A DNA stretch of 64,000 nucleotides from Antedon mediterranea (GCF_964355755.1 NC_092670.1:1106201-1170200); one strand, 5' to 3'; counted from the first letter of the stretch, positions 31,339-44,221 are shown. Numbers and translations: made by a program. Notes: generated from the letters alone by a model not told the origin.

Positions 31339-33456
31339 TCAATAATCTTTAACATAATAATGAAAACTTAATATTGTTACTATGGCTAAAAGCCCTAAAA
31401 TACCCCAAATAAGGTTATCTTTCTCATCTTCAATCGCCTTGGTAACTGCTTCATCTAACTTTGTCACTGTATTTTCTAAACATTCAAGTACTGAGTTCAT
31501 TGATTTGCATTCTTCATACAATTGATCGATCGTTGAGTTTGATATTAGTCTTTCTAATGGCTCTCCCATGACGATAAACAACTACATAAAAACAAAATTG
31601 TTAAATGAATGACTCAATTTCTGTTTTTTTGTCATGCCTTTTTGACATTTTAGCACTTCAATAATGTTTTAATTGAATATACTTCTATATACAGTATTAA
31701 AAAAAAATATGTTAGGCTTTGTATTGCTGAGAGCGCCATAAAATCAGCTCGCCCTGAAATATGGTTAAATAATAAATAATATTGCCTAACAATAACATAT
31801 ACATGTATTCTAATTTTGAGGTCATAGTTCAATGCATTCTTACCTGCTCATTACAATTTGAATATACTACTAGAATACTATCATCACAGATTGTTTTAGT
31901 ATTTAGCCATTCTTACCTGCTCATTATAATTTGAATATACTACTACAATACTATCATCACAGATTGTTTTAGTATTCAGCCATTCTTGCCTTAGATTTTC
32001 AGCAACAGAAAAACCACCATTATCCCTGAAAAAAATTATATAATTCAGTTTAATTTTAATACTCGCTACTCTTAAATATGGTTGGAAAAATGCTTTTGAT
32101 TATTCAATTTCGAAATGAAACAAATTATAATTATAGCATAATAGAAAGCAAAATGCCAAGGATCTTCAAAAGTGATTTAGAACCAGTTACTTTAGGCTTA
32201 CAAAAATGAACAGCTGTGCCTAATAAAATTACCACCAGCAACTTTGGACATTTTTTAAGCATGTACTGTAGATGGCCAAAATAGAATATGGGCTAAAGAT
32301 TAGGTACTGAACTTAGATTTTTTTTATAAATATGTAACGCCAAAGGCTTTTAACATGTAAAAAGCCCTGTTGTAATTATTATTGCTTGATCAGTTGTTGT
32401 TGTTAGTTCCAAGTTGATCACGAATGTAAATATTATGTGTGTATTGTTTTGCTGTGTTTTTCTGCCAAGAAAACAATTATCATTAAACTATGTATGAATG
32501 ACTTAATGAATCGAATCTGAATCTAAATCTGAGCTAATAAACAAAACATTTTTTTCATACAGAAAAATAATCAAATTAACACCGTTTAGGCACAAAGTAA
32601 ACTGAGAAAGTTGCCTACCAGTACATTACAGTACCTACCAGCAATTTCTAACATAATATATTCGCATTTTTACAAAATCTGTGAAAATCAAAAAACAGTA
32701 GGATAGTAAACAGTTATCTACACTAATTTGGCAAAAAAAAAGTGTGCCCAAATATGGTTGTGATATCACCGCCGTGTCTATATATGGGCACATAATATTT
32801 TTTGGTCACATAAAGTTTTATAGTGTAGACAGAGCTTAAGTCTATGCTTATTTTTTTTAAAATCAATTGGAATCAGTTATTGGAACTGCAGTAGAATAAT
32901 TTGTTTCTACAGTTACACAGTAGGGTTAGTAGTAATTTGAATGCAGTCAACATACCTATCAAGTTCTGCAACCATTGCTACTGCCATTGTGTAGCCATTT
33001 TCTACTAATGTTGTGCAGTTATCGCAGACACACACAGATCCATTGTTTATTTCATTGATTGTAGCACAAAGTTTTTCACCTAAGAAATAATTAAAATGTT
33101 GTTAACATAAATTTATAGAGTTGACTTGTGGGAAGCGCAACCAATTTTCTTGCATATTTAAAACCAGTTCCCACCAGACACCATGACACAGCATATTTCA
33201 CTTAGTGGTGTATTCCTTCAATCAATCTTGTAAACAATGAAATAGAATAATTAAAAAAGAAAGAAAAAAAAGAAGAATGGTGATTGAAAATAAATTAGAG
33301 TGGCTTACTACTGTCCTCTGGCAGTATATTATCTGGATCACAAAGTAGTGATGGGTCTGTGACATCACAGAATGTGTCTGTATCGTTGACGGCAGATTGA
33401 CAATAAACTTGAGTCGTAGTCAGAAGTATGAAGACTAAAATTGTGGACGGCATCAT
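31339..33456 (-). CDS. Single-pass type I membrane protein, MOLO-1-like / TPM-domain-like
   Basis: Exons 33456-33309, 33079-32956, 32025-31917 and 31581-31339 splice in frame (phases 1, 2, 0). Signal peptide MMPSTILVFILLTTTQVYC; SLLCDPDNIL; CVCDNC...GYTMAVAMV; AENLRQEW...CDDSIVVVYS...Q; LFIVMG; C-terminal TM LIWGILGLLAIVTILSF. Motif order matches the MOLO-1 family as I recall it. Confidence 0.75.
32710..32837. mobile_element. Small Harbinger-type MITE family (…TAGTGTAGACAGAGCT-TAA)
   Basis: Right end TAGTGTAGACAGAGCTTAA with a degenerate left end. Related copies near 35403-35551 and partial copies near 42373, 47630 and 50707. Confidence 0.55.
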
Positions 33457-34557
33457 TCCAACAAGACTAATCTGAAAAAGCAAAAGTGTTTACATTTTAA
33501 TTTATTAATTTCCATACGTACACTAGGCTAGTACGGCAAATAGATTTAATTATTCAAATAATATTGTTCTAAATTGATTTGACCCGATTGAGAAATTTAG
33601 TTTTCTATTAATTCACGGTCAACCATGCCTGCTGAGACAGACTACCTAGCTAGGCCTATTAATATAGAGTTACAGTCACTCACTGTATGCAGGCTAATAT
33701 AATAAATATAGATAGCTAGCTAGCCTAGCTAGGCTCCACCTACCTAGCCTAAAAAGTAGCCGACCTACTACTTCTAGCTAGGCTAGCCTAGTTTGTTGGT
33801 ACAGACAGTAAGTTAGGCTAGGCAGTAGGCCTAGTCTAATACTACTACTATTTAAGCTACTAGTAGGCCTATAGGACTAGACTAGCCTGATCCCCGATAT
33901 ATTATGCGGTTACTAACAAACTTTTTGGCGTGTACTGTCGGTACTGTGCTTTAATTTATCGTCGGGGAGAACTTAAAGTCATTTTTATTTGCTGTTCTTT
34001 CTTTTTTTCACGATCTGCCACCGTCGCCCTCGATCTATCATATCAACAAACTTTTTTTCTCAGGCCGCCGAGCATGGGGGCGCGCTTCAAAACATTGCAA
34101 AAATAAACACAAACATAATTAATTTTTGATGAGGACCACTAACTCAAATGTCTCCGTTTCTTGTTTGATATGAACAATAGTTTATGATCGTATCCATTCT
34201 TTATTATTTAAAGAAACTATACTACTGTCTCGTCGACCTGAGTAAGTCGAAACGTAGTATTTTAGACTAGCTAGGCCTAGGGGTCACGTCTCTGCACTAC
34301 TGCATGCTAGGTAGGCCGTCTACTCTCTGATGAACAGCCCGGCCCCTGACTGTGCAGTAGGCCTAGGGCCCTACAGTATATTTGGCTTAAAGGCTGTGAA
34401 AAAAATGTCGCTAGACCCTTCTTGGCTACTACTACTAGCCCTAGATGGATATAATAATTATACTTATTTATAATTTATATAAGTATATTATTATTATATA
34501 TATAATTTAAACAAAATTATATTGTCTTTAATTTTCAGTACAGAACAATATAGAAAA

Positions 34558-35209
34558 ATGCCACTTTTTGGTGGACCAAATTTTACACCCAAAAAAACAC
34601 CGCCACGAAGATCTTCATCTTTAAATAACTTAAACAAGCTTGAAAGTTCAATCAGAGAAGAAGAGTATGGTTTGCAATATGACGTAGCCAGACTAAAACT
34701 GGGAGGACAGGAGCTGAAGTTTGATAAAGAAAATGGTGTTTGGATTTCAGGTCTGTCTATTTAACTTGTGTATTTATCATTTTTAGTTTTATACCATCAA
34801 AAATTGCATTATTTTGACAAAACTATTTTATTTTTTAGATGGAGGTGGAGGAGGTGGTGGTGTTAGCCAGCGAGAATTTATCAAGTTACGTAAACAAAAT
34901 CAGAAACTTCTTGAAGAAAACAATTTGTTAAAATTGAAATTAGAAGTTTTACTCGACATGGTAGGTATATAGAGTCAGCCTTTGGCCAGAGATGTTTGGT
35001 TTTATGAAACTGAAAGAGTAGAAACAAATATTAGTTTCCATAGACTGTAAAATCTTTTTTGAGATTTTATATGCCTCTTTTGTTACTTGTGTTTTCTTGT
35101 CTTATTTTAAAAGCTTGCAGAAACCACTGCTGAGAAACATTTCCTAGAGAAAGAAATTGGAGATTACGGTACGGGAACGACGAGTAGTAAACGAAGCACA
35201 AAGAGGTGA
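34558..35209 (+). CDS. CBY1: Protein chibby homolog 1 (beta-catenin antagonist, ciliary basal body)
   Basis: Exons 34558-34750, 34839-34960, 35114-35209: MPLFGGPNFTPKKTPPRRSSSLNNL...LKLGGQELKF..NGVWI...LRKQNQKLLEENNLLKLKLEVLLDMLAETTAEKHFLEKE. This matches the known Chibby sequence motifs. Confidence 0.95.
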
Positions 35210-36024
35210 AAGTTTGAAGTTGCCTGCTGCTGTATATAAACTAATAATACTATAAACTTGATGACCGACTTTATCAACTTTGTTTTGAAAATAAATGTAT
35301 CTCATGATTTTGCAGTTTTTGTACAGTAGTGTTTCATGTATTTTTAATTGCGTTAATAAAAAAGAGCTGTTTTCATCAAAGATTCTATAGGCAAACAGTT
35401 TAAAGCCTTGTCTACTGTGACAGAAATATGTGATGTGCCCATATTTGGACATGATGTCATAACACTACTACTACTTTTGGGTATATCACTACCATATTTG
35501 GACACATTACATTATCAAACCAGTTTGACAAAAAAAGTGTGGACAGAGCTTTACACTTTTGTCGTAAATGTGAAGTAGTTACTGCAGCAGATCAAATGTT
35601 ACTGCTGTACCTATATTTATATTGTTAATTAAAAGTATACAAACATGTATTACAGTATAAAATGTGTTTTTTTAAATACATTAATTATTCTGCAACCATG
35701 AGCCAACTACTAGCTACCTAAAAATTTGAATTAATTTTCCAAATGTTAATATCAGTGCAGTTGTAGGCTTCAAAATAGGCTAGTAGATTATACAGCTACC
35801 TAGCCCAGTTGGTTGGGCTAGTAGATTATACAGCTACTGCACGTAGTCCAGTTGGTTGGGCTAGTAGATTATACAGCTACTGTACGTAGCCCAGTTGGTT
35901 AACAATGCCATGCAGACACTGACGCTCATTTTCACAACAAATCCACTGAATAAAGTAAAGTAAGCTGAATAATATTTTTGATTTATTATTTGATAAAATT
36001 CTGTAAATGTATAAAGGGTCACTA

Positions 36025-37303
36025 TCAATGCTGCATTCCACCCATAACTGGAGGTCCCAGTCCTGTAGGTATTCCTGACATGCCTCCTGATGCAGCATTT
36101 GGCCCTAGAAGAATCTGAAAAAATAAACATTTAATATTGTCAAATAAAAAAAAACACTCCACCAGGTTAGTAAAAACCAGACTTTACAATCATCGACAAC
36201 ACAAGATCTGTTTCCAAAACAATAATTATTTGATATTAGCACACTGTTTTTTTAATAATACAGTATTACCACAGGTCTTGTCTTTTAAGGCGAGTGAGTG
36301 CGATCACTCACCTAACACACTCCTAAACTGCCCTTGAGGAGTGCGATTTACAACACGCCTTAATTTGGTAAACTTCTACACACGAAAATAAAAACAGCAC
36401 ACCTACAGCACCCCTGAATGTATTGAGGAGTGCAATTTGTAACACACCTATGATTTTCAAAAGACAAGGCCTGATTACCATATTTACTGAGAAAACCTAT
36501 ACAGTTTCTGTGTAGAAATTTAGGGTCTGTAATAAAATGTGAGCTTGTAAATTTAATTTATCAACCTTAAAAAGATTGCAAATTACAAAACAAAATTTGA
36601 TGTTTTGATATGTTACAATTCATTCACACAAACCTGTCTTTGATGTTGTAATTGTGCTTGTTGCATTTGCGCCATCTCAGCCTCGAAAACAATCGGTAAA
36701 AACAAAATCATAAAAGAAGTAGAAGCAATCCAGGCCGCACTTTTTCCAAACTTGAAGGCATTGACTGTACCGCTCCATGTAAGGCTTGCTGCTGAACTAC
36801 CTACAATACGAACTGCTGGTGGGAACATCTCAGAGAGAGCACATATTCTTTCAAATATGGTTTCATCTTCAAATTCCTGAAAAAAAAAACATAAAATAAA
36901 ACCTTTTATTAATAATTATATTACTTACTTACTAGTTTAGTAGGCTTATTTATTAATTTAATTAAACCTCTGAAGATGTTATATCTATGTTATTAAACAA
37001 TAAAACAAATATGTAATGATAATACATTGCCCTAAATACACAGTATAACAAGTTGAAAGGGCTAGGCCCAAGAAGTAGACTATCCAATGAGTCTGAGAGG
37101 ATGAGGCTATGTCGCCCCTGCCCTGCGGTGGTGTAGTCAACAGCAACTACCTAGCTTGGAGGCCTAACATAAGACTCGATAACATGTTAATTTTTATGTC
37201 CACACCATTAAATATACAGAGAAAAACTAAATATGGATACCGTACGTACCTCTTCTAATTGCGAGTCTTCGATAACCTCTCGAATCGTTAATTCATCAGC
37301 CAT
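36025..37303 (-). CDS. TOMM22: Mitochondrial import receptor subunit TOM22
   Basis: Exons 37303-37250, 36876-36634, 36114-36025: acidic N-terminus, DETIFERICALSEMFP, WIASTSFMILFLPIVFEAE, QQAQLQHQRQILLGPN. These are the TOM22 signature segments. Confidence 0.95.
36272..36473. mobile_element. MITE in TOMM22 intron 2
   Basis: TIRs CAGGTCTTGTCTTTT / AAAAGACAAGGCCTG; 7-bp TSD ATTACCA; CA...TG termini (P-element or hAT-like). Confidence 0.7.
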
Positions 37304-38118
37304 TCTTTTTACTTTTTTTAAACACGCTTTTACCACCGCAGCACAACGCACACCGTGAAACTTTCGCTCGACTTTGATAATAACCGCCCTCTCCAGGTTT
37401 TGTGCAAACTCTGACTCGACCATGGAGAGCAATTGCCCAACTGCCGACTCTCGACCATGGACCTAATTTAGTCCATTGTTCTTGTCGTACTATACAGTCT
37501 TTGATTGACTCGAGTCCTCTCCAGTAAGTAGTAAAATGGCTACTTATAACTGCTAGAACAATACTGAATATGGGATATACAGTTGTATTGTATACGGATT
37601 GTATTGTATAGAAAATATAAAAATATTGGAGATGCAAATAGGGTAAGTTCGGCAACAACACCGACTCATCATAATTCAAAACTTTTACAGACACTTTAAC
37701 ATGTTTTTAATTTTACTTTATTCAACAAAAAAATATAGCACGAAGTACACACATAATGGTAATGAAAGTAAAAAACATACAGGATTTAAAGTTAATACTT
37801 ATTATTATACAATGAGAAAATTCAATATATGGTCATAAAAATCGATAAAAGAATTAATATAGGCCTAAATGTATCTATGTTAAATCTAAAGTAGAACGAG
37901 TGCAATTATAAATTGATAGAGAATAATCGATTAGCAAAATACAGTGTTTTTAGAAAAATTGTGAAATTTCAGAGTCATGCCCAAATTGTTATTATTAGTG
38001 TTGTTCAGTCTCTGTTTACAAGCGCTTTTTTGACATTAATTTGCTGATTCATGTTAAAAGCTTAAAATGACAACATAACATATAGAGTCATCTTCATCAT
38101 CTTGGTAACTTAACCTTC

Positions 38119-39612
38119 CTACAGCAGTCTGCGTATCTTCATCTCTGTAGTTTTCAATGAATAGTAATATGTTTTCCATGTTTTCCACACAACACCAGTA
38201 GCGAACTGCTCGGTTTCTCCCTCCAAGTACAACCCATTCAGGTTAGAACTATGACAGGAAGTGTACCACCAAGCTCCTTTGTATGTTACAGCACACGATG
38301 ATGACTCGTTCTCGTCATTGTCTTGGTCAGATGTTGAAAATGGTTTATTACCGTGGCCACTCAGTGAATTACCTGTAATAAAAGAAAAATTATTAATCTC
38401 GTCGAGTTTGAACACGCTAAACCCTGTTCATCTACTAACTTTTTAGTCAGGTACAGTTATCCGCCGAGTAATAGACACACGCATGTAAATTAGAAACTTT
38501 AATTTTCTTTACTCCACAATCTCTAAAGTAACAACAGAACGTTCGTGCGTCCGTACGTCAACCATTCTGAAAGGACGCTTCTGTTTTGGTTTATATTTCT
38601 TCGTAATCTTTGGTACACATCAAATATATTACTCCATTTTTTGACATCGGCCTACTGCAGTACACTAAACGAGACTGCACTGAAGTGCATGTGAAATGTC
38701 ATTACACTACACATGAAAAACTCATTAATATTTAAATAAAATAAGCTTTACCTGCATCACCACTATAAGTGCCAATAACCAGTTTGTAGTTTGTGCTCTC
38801 ATCACCTAATCGAAAGTTTTCGTAACGAGCATACGCAGACTCTCCGTCGAAAGAAGTCATGTCTACTCTCATTTCAAAGTGACCGGCAGACGTAATACGG
38901 TATATGTTGTCGTTACCAAGCCAATGCTCACTATTTACATTTCCAAACCCAGATTTATAAGCCGCCCATCCTCTGTAAAAATCTGTAGTTCCGTCTTCTC
39001 GTCTTTGAAAGACCTTTAGAAGTTAAGAAAAACAGTATTACGCATTACGCGCACGGTGTATACAATACCAGAGTATGGCCTAACTCTTCCCTGATACGAC
39101 ACAGTTTCAAAATGATCTCTACGCCTTACCGTCCATCCACCTCCATCAGTCACCATGTCACAGTATACACGAATGGGTTTACCTCCATCATGTGGATCAA
39201 TCGTGTACTCTCCACTTTGTGCTTGGCTGTCTCTATCAAGAACTTCAGTGCAATCTCGTGGTTTCCCTTTAAAAACAAAATAATTCTGGGATGATTATTA
39301 AATCCCATTATAAAACCAAATGTTAAAAAAAAAAAATTATTACGTGGTTATCTTTAGTGAGGTTGGTTGTACCATGTTATTTCACCAAGGTTTTATAATA
39401 ATTCTTTCAACCATGCTGATCAGCTTTTACCGATATTCTTGATTTATAGGTTGAGTTTTATTTTTACCTTTTTCATTTGAACAAGTCTCTTCATTACCAC
39501 ATCCATTTTTGACCACAACTGTACAATGACAGCCGTCTTGCTCTTTTGTCACATGGCTGTTTGAATGTACCTTAGCCACCATCAGTGACAGCACGATCAG
39601 CCTAACCAACAT
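38119..39612 (-). CDS. Fibrinogen-related domain lectin F1 (ficolin/tachylectin-like, no collagen region)
   Basis: Exons 39612-39468 (signal peptide and [11 protein letters not shown]), 39266-39130 (PRDC...[13 protein letters not shown]), 39013-38752 ([18 protein letters not shown]...EHWLGN), 38372-38119 (FST.DQDND...CA...GAWWY..CH.SNLNG...EMKIR). TATAAAA near 39675-39681. Confidence 0.9.
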
Positions 39613-40509
39613 TTTACTTCTCAATCCTGTTCAGACTGTATCAGACAATGAATAAAACAGTAGGGTGAAGCGTATTTTATAGCAAGTAGTCAGATATTGT
39701 AATCAGAGGTGGGCCAGTATCCGGCTATTATTTAAGCTATTTAATCCATCGTTAACGAAGGAAGGAAACTTTTTTTACTCCATAATAAAGGAATAGTCAC
39801 GTCGCCGATACAATCCTCTAACGGTTTGACCTCATCTTCTTATTCACATTTTCATGGATGAAGAAAGCCTTTCTATTAACTCGCGCACAGTATAATTACA
39901 ACCATTTCTACAATTAAAGTACATACTATACATTGTCGTGTGATTTTGGCTTCGATTAAAAAGCCTGTGAAACCTCTATTATGTGTGTATAAAATATTGC
40001 GATGATTTCGGGGTCATCCCAATTGTGGAGATACACCTTTGTGTATGTCACTAATACATATAAAAATTGACTATGACTACAGTTTGCGGTTGCACTTTTA
40101 TTTTTTCAATAATTGACATGAAAAACTATATTTGTTACAAAGAGTATAAAGATAACACATTAGTAGCAAAAACGGAGTAAATCGAGTTAGGCCTACATAA
40201 TATTTTGTAATTGGATAAAATAGGAATCCATTTAAAATATAAATATGTTAAATGTATAAAATTAGAAACGAAAACGAGCAAAATTATAAATTATTAAAAA
40301 GTTAGTAGATTAGCAACTTGATTAGAAAAATACGATAATTACCAATTCTTTTAAAGAGCTGGTTAGGTGTGGGTTGAGTTCAATGGTGATTTGGAAAATT
40401 GCAAAGAGAATAGATTCAGATTAAATGTATTGTCATGAATGTATAACGCACAACATAACGAAAACAATGTATTTATAGTATAATTTATTTTAGTATCATC
40501 TTCCGCTTA

Positions 40510-43352
40510 TTATTTCAGTCTCCGTATCTTCATCTCTGTAGTTTTCAATGAATAGTAATATGTTTTCCATGTTTTCCACACAACACCAGTAGCGTAGGCC
40601 TACTGCTCGGTTTCTCCCTCCAAGTACAACCCATTCAGGTTAGAATCATGACAGGCAGTGTACCACCAAGCTCCTTTGAATGTTACAGCACACGATGTTC
40701 CGTATTCATCATTATTTTGGTCGGATGTTGAAAATGGTTTATTATTATGGCCACTTAGGGAATCACCTGCCAAATAAAAGTAGCAGAGAACGGACGTGAG
40801 AAAAAGGGCAGAGAGGGATGGAGAAGGAAGGCAATGGAGGGTGACCTCGAGCTGCGTTAAAAAGGAAGGAGAGATTGGAGCTGGGAAAGCCCAGAAGCAG
40901 GATCTCAAGGCAGGGAAATATGTATGGTTATATAATTCGGCGAAAACTGTAGGGAGATCACCAAAACTGTAAGTGGCATGGGCCATACCTAATTATCAAG
41001 AAGCTATCTGAGGTGGTTACCGGATCCAAGAGGGACCGAGAAAGAAACCAAAAGTCGTGCATGTGGACCGACTGAAGCCATACGAGAGTTCTGGAAAGCT
41101 TGTAAGGTGGTTCAGGTGGCATTTACGAGGGTACAGCCTACTGGTTGTGTTACTATTGGAGTTATAGTTGAGCCAGAGGGTACAGCCTACTGGTTGTGTT
41201 ACTATTGGAGTTATAGTTGAGCCAGAGGGTACAGCCTGTGTTACTATTGGTTGGAGTTATAGTTGAGCCAGAGGGTACAGTCTATCGGTTGTGTTACTAT
41301 TTGAGACATAGTGAGCCGGAGGTTGCACCTACTGGTTGTATCACTATTTGAAACATAGTGAGCTGGAGGTTGCACCTATTGGTTGTATTACTATTTGAGA
41401 CATAGTGAGCCGGAGGTTGCACCTACTGGTTGTATTACTAGTTGAGACATAGTTGAGCTGGAGGTTGCACCATTGTTGGTGGTTACGTTGCTGTTGGAGG
41501 TTACGCCATTGTTGGTGGTTACGTTGCTGTTGGAGGTTACGCCATTGTTGGTGGTTACGTTGTTGTTGGAGGTTACGCCATTGTTGGTGGTTACGTTGCT
41601 ATTGGAGGTTACGCCATTGTTGGTGGTTACGCTGCTATTGGAGGTTACGCCATTACTGGTGGTTACGCTGTTGTTTCAAGTCCGGCGTAAGATCAACACT
41701 AATCTGAATTAATTATTTTAATCGGTTGTCACTTTATAATTTGGAATCATAGAAAGAATAAAGGAGACCACTTCAGAAATTGTAACTGATTTGTTTGTTT
41801 CATTCGAGTGTACCGTTGTAACCGCAGACCCACCCCCAAAGGGAACGAACCGATTTTCGTTACAATATTGCTAATTAGTGTGTATTCTGTGTGTTTATTA
41901 TGCCAACAACTATGACTTGATTTGTCAACGCAATGTATATACTTTACCTCAACTGAACACAGACGCATTATCATTAAACCATGGACCTAATTTATAAGTC
42001 CATGATTAAACCATACGTGAAATATCGCACCATTGAACTATGTATTTTATTTCACAGTTAAATTAGAATATGCCTTACCTGCATCACCACTGTAAGTGCC
42101 AACAATCACTTTGTAGTTTGTGCTCTCATCACCAATTCGGAAATTGTCGTAGCGAGCATAAACAGACTCTCCTTCGAAAGTAGTCATGTCAATTCTCAAT
42201 TCAAAGTGACCAGCAGACGTAATACGGTATATGTTGTCGTTACCAAGCCAATGCTCACTATTTACATTTCCAAACCCAGATTTGTAAGCCTCCCATCCTC
42301 TGAAAAAATCTGTAGTTCCGTATTCTCGCCTTTGAAAGACCTTTAAGAAAACAGTACAGGTATATTATGATTAAGCTCCGTTTACTCTATCAAACTAGTT
42401 TATTTGACAAACAAGTGTGATGTACCCAATGGTAGTGATATGACGTCATCGTGTCTATAGGCACACTTTTTTTTTGCTTTATGCAATGTGTAAACACCAA
42501 TACGACAGACACCTTCTGATCAAAAAATGATACGCCTTACCGTCCTTCCACCGCCATCAGTTACCATGTCACAGTATACACGAATGGCGTCACCTCCATC
42601 ATTTGGATCAATCATGTATGATCCACTTTGTGCTTGGCTGTCTCTATCAAGAATGTCAGTGCAGACTTGTGGTTTCCCTTTAAAAATAAAATAATTCTGG
42701 AATGTGATTATTAAAATACCATTATTGAAACCAAGCAGCTTGCATGAATATTACGAAAACCAACATCATAAATAATGGATCTTGCACGTGATAATTAAAC
42801 AACAGCGAGCCTGTAAACATCCTCACTTTCCATTCTACTAAACCAAGAAAAGACGAAGGAAAATAAAATCCATCCTGCATCGTGTAATAGACAGAAGTGA
42901 AGTTGACAGATCGCAGTTCCTCAAAGATGGGTTCAGCTACAAAACATAACACATATATTTAAAAAAATGCATATATATATATACATGATAGTGGTCTAGT
43001 GGGATGCAGGGGCATGACATTATTTTGACATGCAGTGTCCGTAAGCGCTAACTGCATACAGTCAATAGTCACCATATGTGATCAGTATCACGTTTATAAG
43101 GACCAGTACCAGTACCTGAGTAACACCAAGACTTTTTTTAATTCATAATTACCCCTATAGGCCTATTTTGATATATTGGTTTAGCGGAGATGTAAGTTTA
43201 TCTTTACCTTTTTCATTTGAACAAGTCTCGTCATTACCACATCCATTTTTTACAACAAGTGTGCAATGATAACCGTCTTGTTCTTTTGTCACATGACTGT
43301 TCGAAACTGCCAAAGTCAGCATCTGTGACAGGGTGATAAACCTCATCAACAT
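40510..43352 (-). pseudogene. FReD gene F2, disabled or truncated
   Basis: Exons 43352-43208, 42677-42541, 42340-42079, 40766-40510. A 6-bp insertion gives GAG CAG TAG GCC TAC, a premature stop at 40600-40602. The conserved GGGWT is changed to GGGRT. Confidence 0.8.
40790..41710 (+). mobile_element. Gypsy/Ty3 LTR-retrotransposon remnant (integrase C-terminus) in F2 intron 3, followed by degenerate tandem repeats
   Basis: GKYVWLYN....GRSPKL / [15 protein letters not shown] / YRIQ..PRKKPKVVHVDRLKPY is the GPY/F module, with frameshifts. Repeats of about 46-48 bp and 36 bp at 41130-41670. Confidence 0.75.
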
Positions 43353-44221
43353 CTTTAATTACTTCTCAATTCTGTTCAGAGTTCCTAGAAAAGAAATGAA
43401 AGAGTAGAGTGAAGCAAGCGTACTTTATAGTTAAGTAGTCAGGAAAAACGTTTACTATAATAATCTGTTATAATCAGAGGTGGGTAACTAAATATGCAAG
43501 TATCCGGCTATTATCTAAGCCATCGTTAAAGAAGGAAAGAAACTAGTTGTTTTTTAAATTTCATTTATATGGCGCTTTACTAATACTACTTCAACTAATT
43601 ATAACAAGTACGGAGATAGAGAGAGTCAAGTCGTCGCCGAGATACAGTCCTGCAGTCAAACGGGTTTGACTTCATCTTCTTCTCCACACCCACCGTATGT
43701 CATACCATAAATATCAATACGATTGATTCCCATAGATGAAGGAAGCACACGATTATCTCGCGCAGTATATTACAACCGATTTTTTGTTTGGAAGAGATAT
43801 TAAGGTGAACTAACAGTTGTGGCCTCTTTTTAGTGTATGTAAATTATGTAATAATTATTATGTAATAATAATTATTAAATAATTAATTAATTATTAAATA
43901 AATAATAATAATTATGTAATAATACACAACAAATTGACTATGACACAGTTTGCATTTTAACTTTTATATTTCATCATGAAAAATAATTATCTTTTCTATG
44001 AAAACCTTTCTTTATTCAATTAATATATAAAAAGTACATTAATAGCAAGAAACAATGGTAAGCCTAATAACATAATAAAACATAATAATAACATAAGAAA
44101 AACATGAGAAATCCAGGAATATGCTAATAATTTTCGATCGAGTCAACAGATATAACATATTTAATTAGATACACAAAACAAGAATATAAGTTAAATGTAA
44201 ATACGATAAATGTATAAAACC

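Noticed and set aside
40595-40602. Programmed readthrough or recoding of the F2 TAG
   Set aside because: The stop is explained by a 6-bp insertion absent from the paralogues. F2 also has a W to R change in the conserved GGGWT and a Gypsy remnant in its intron.
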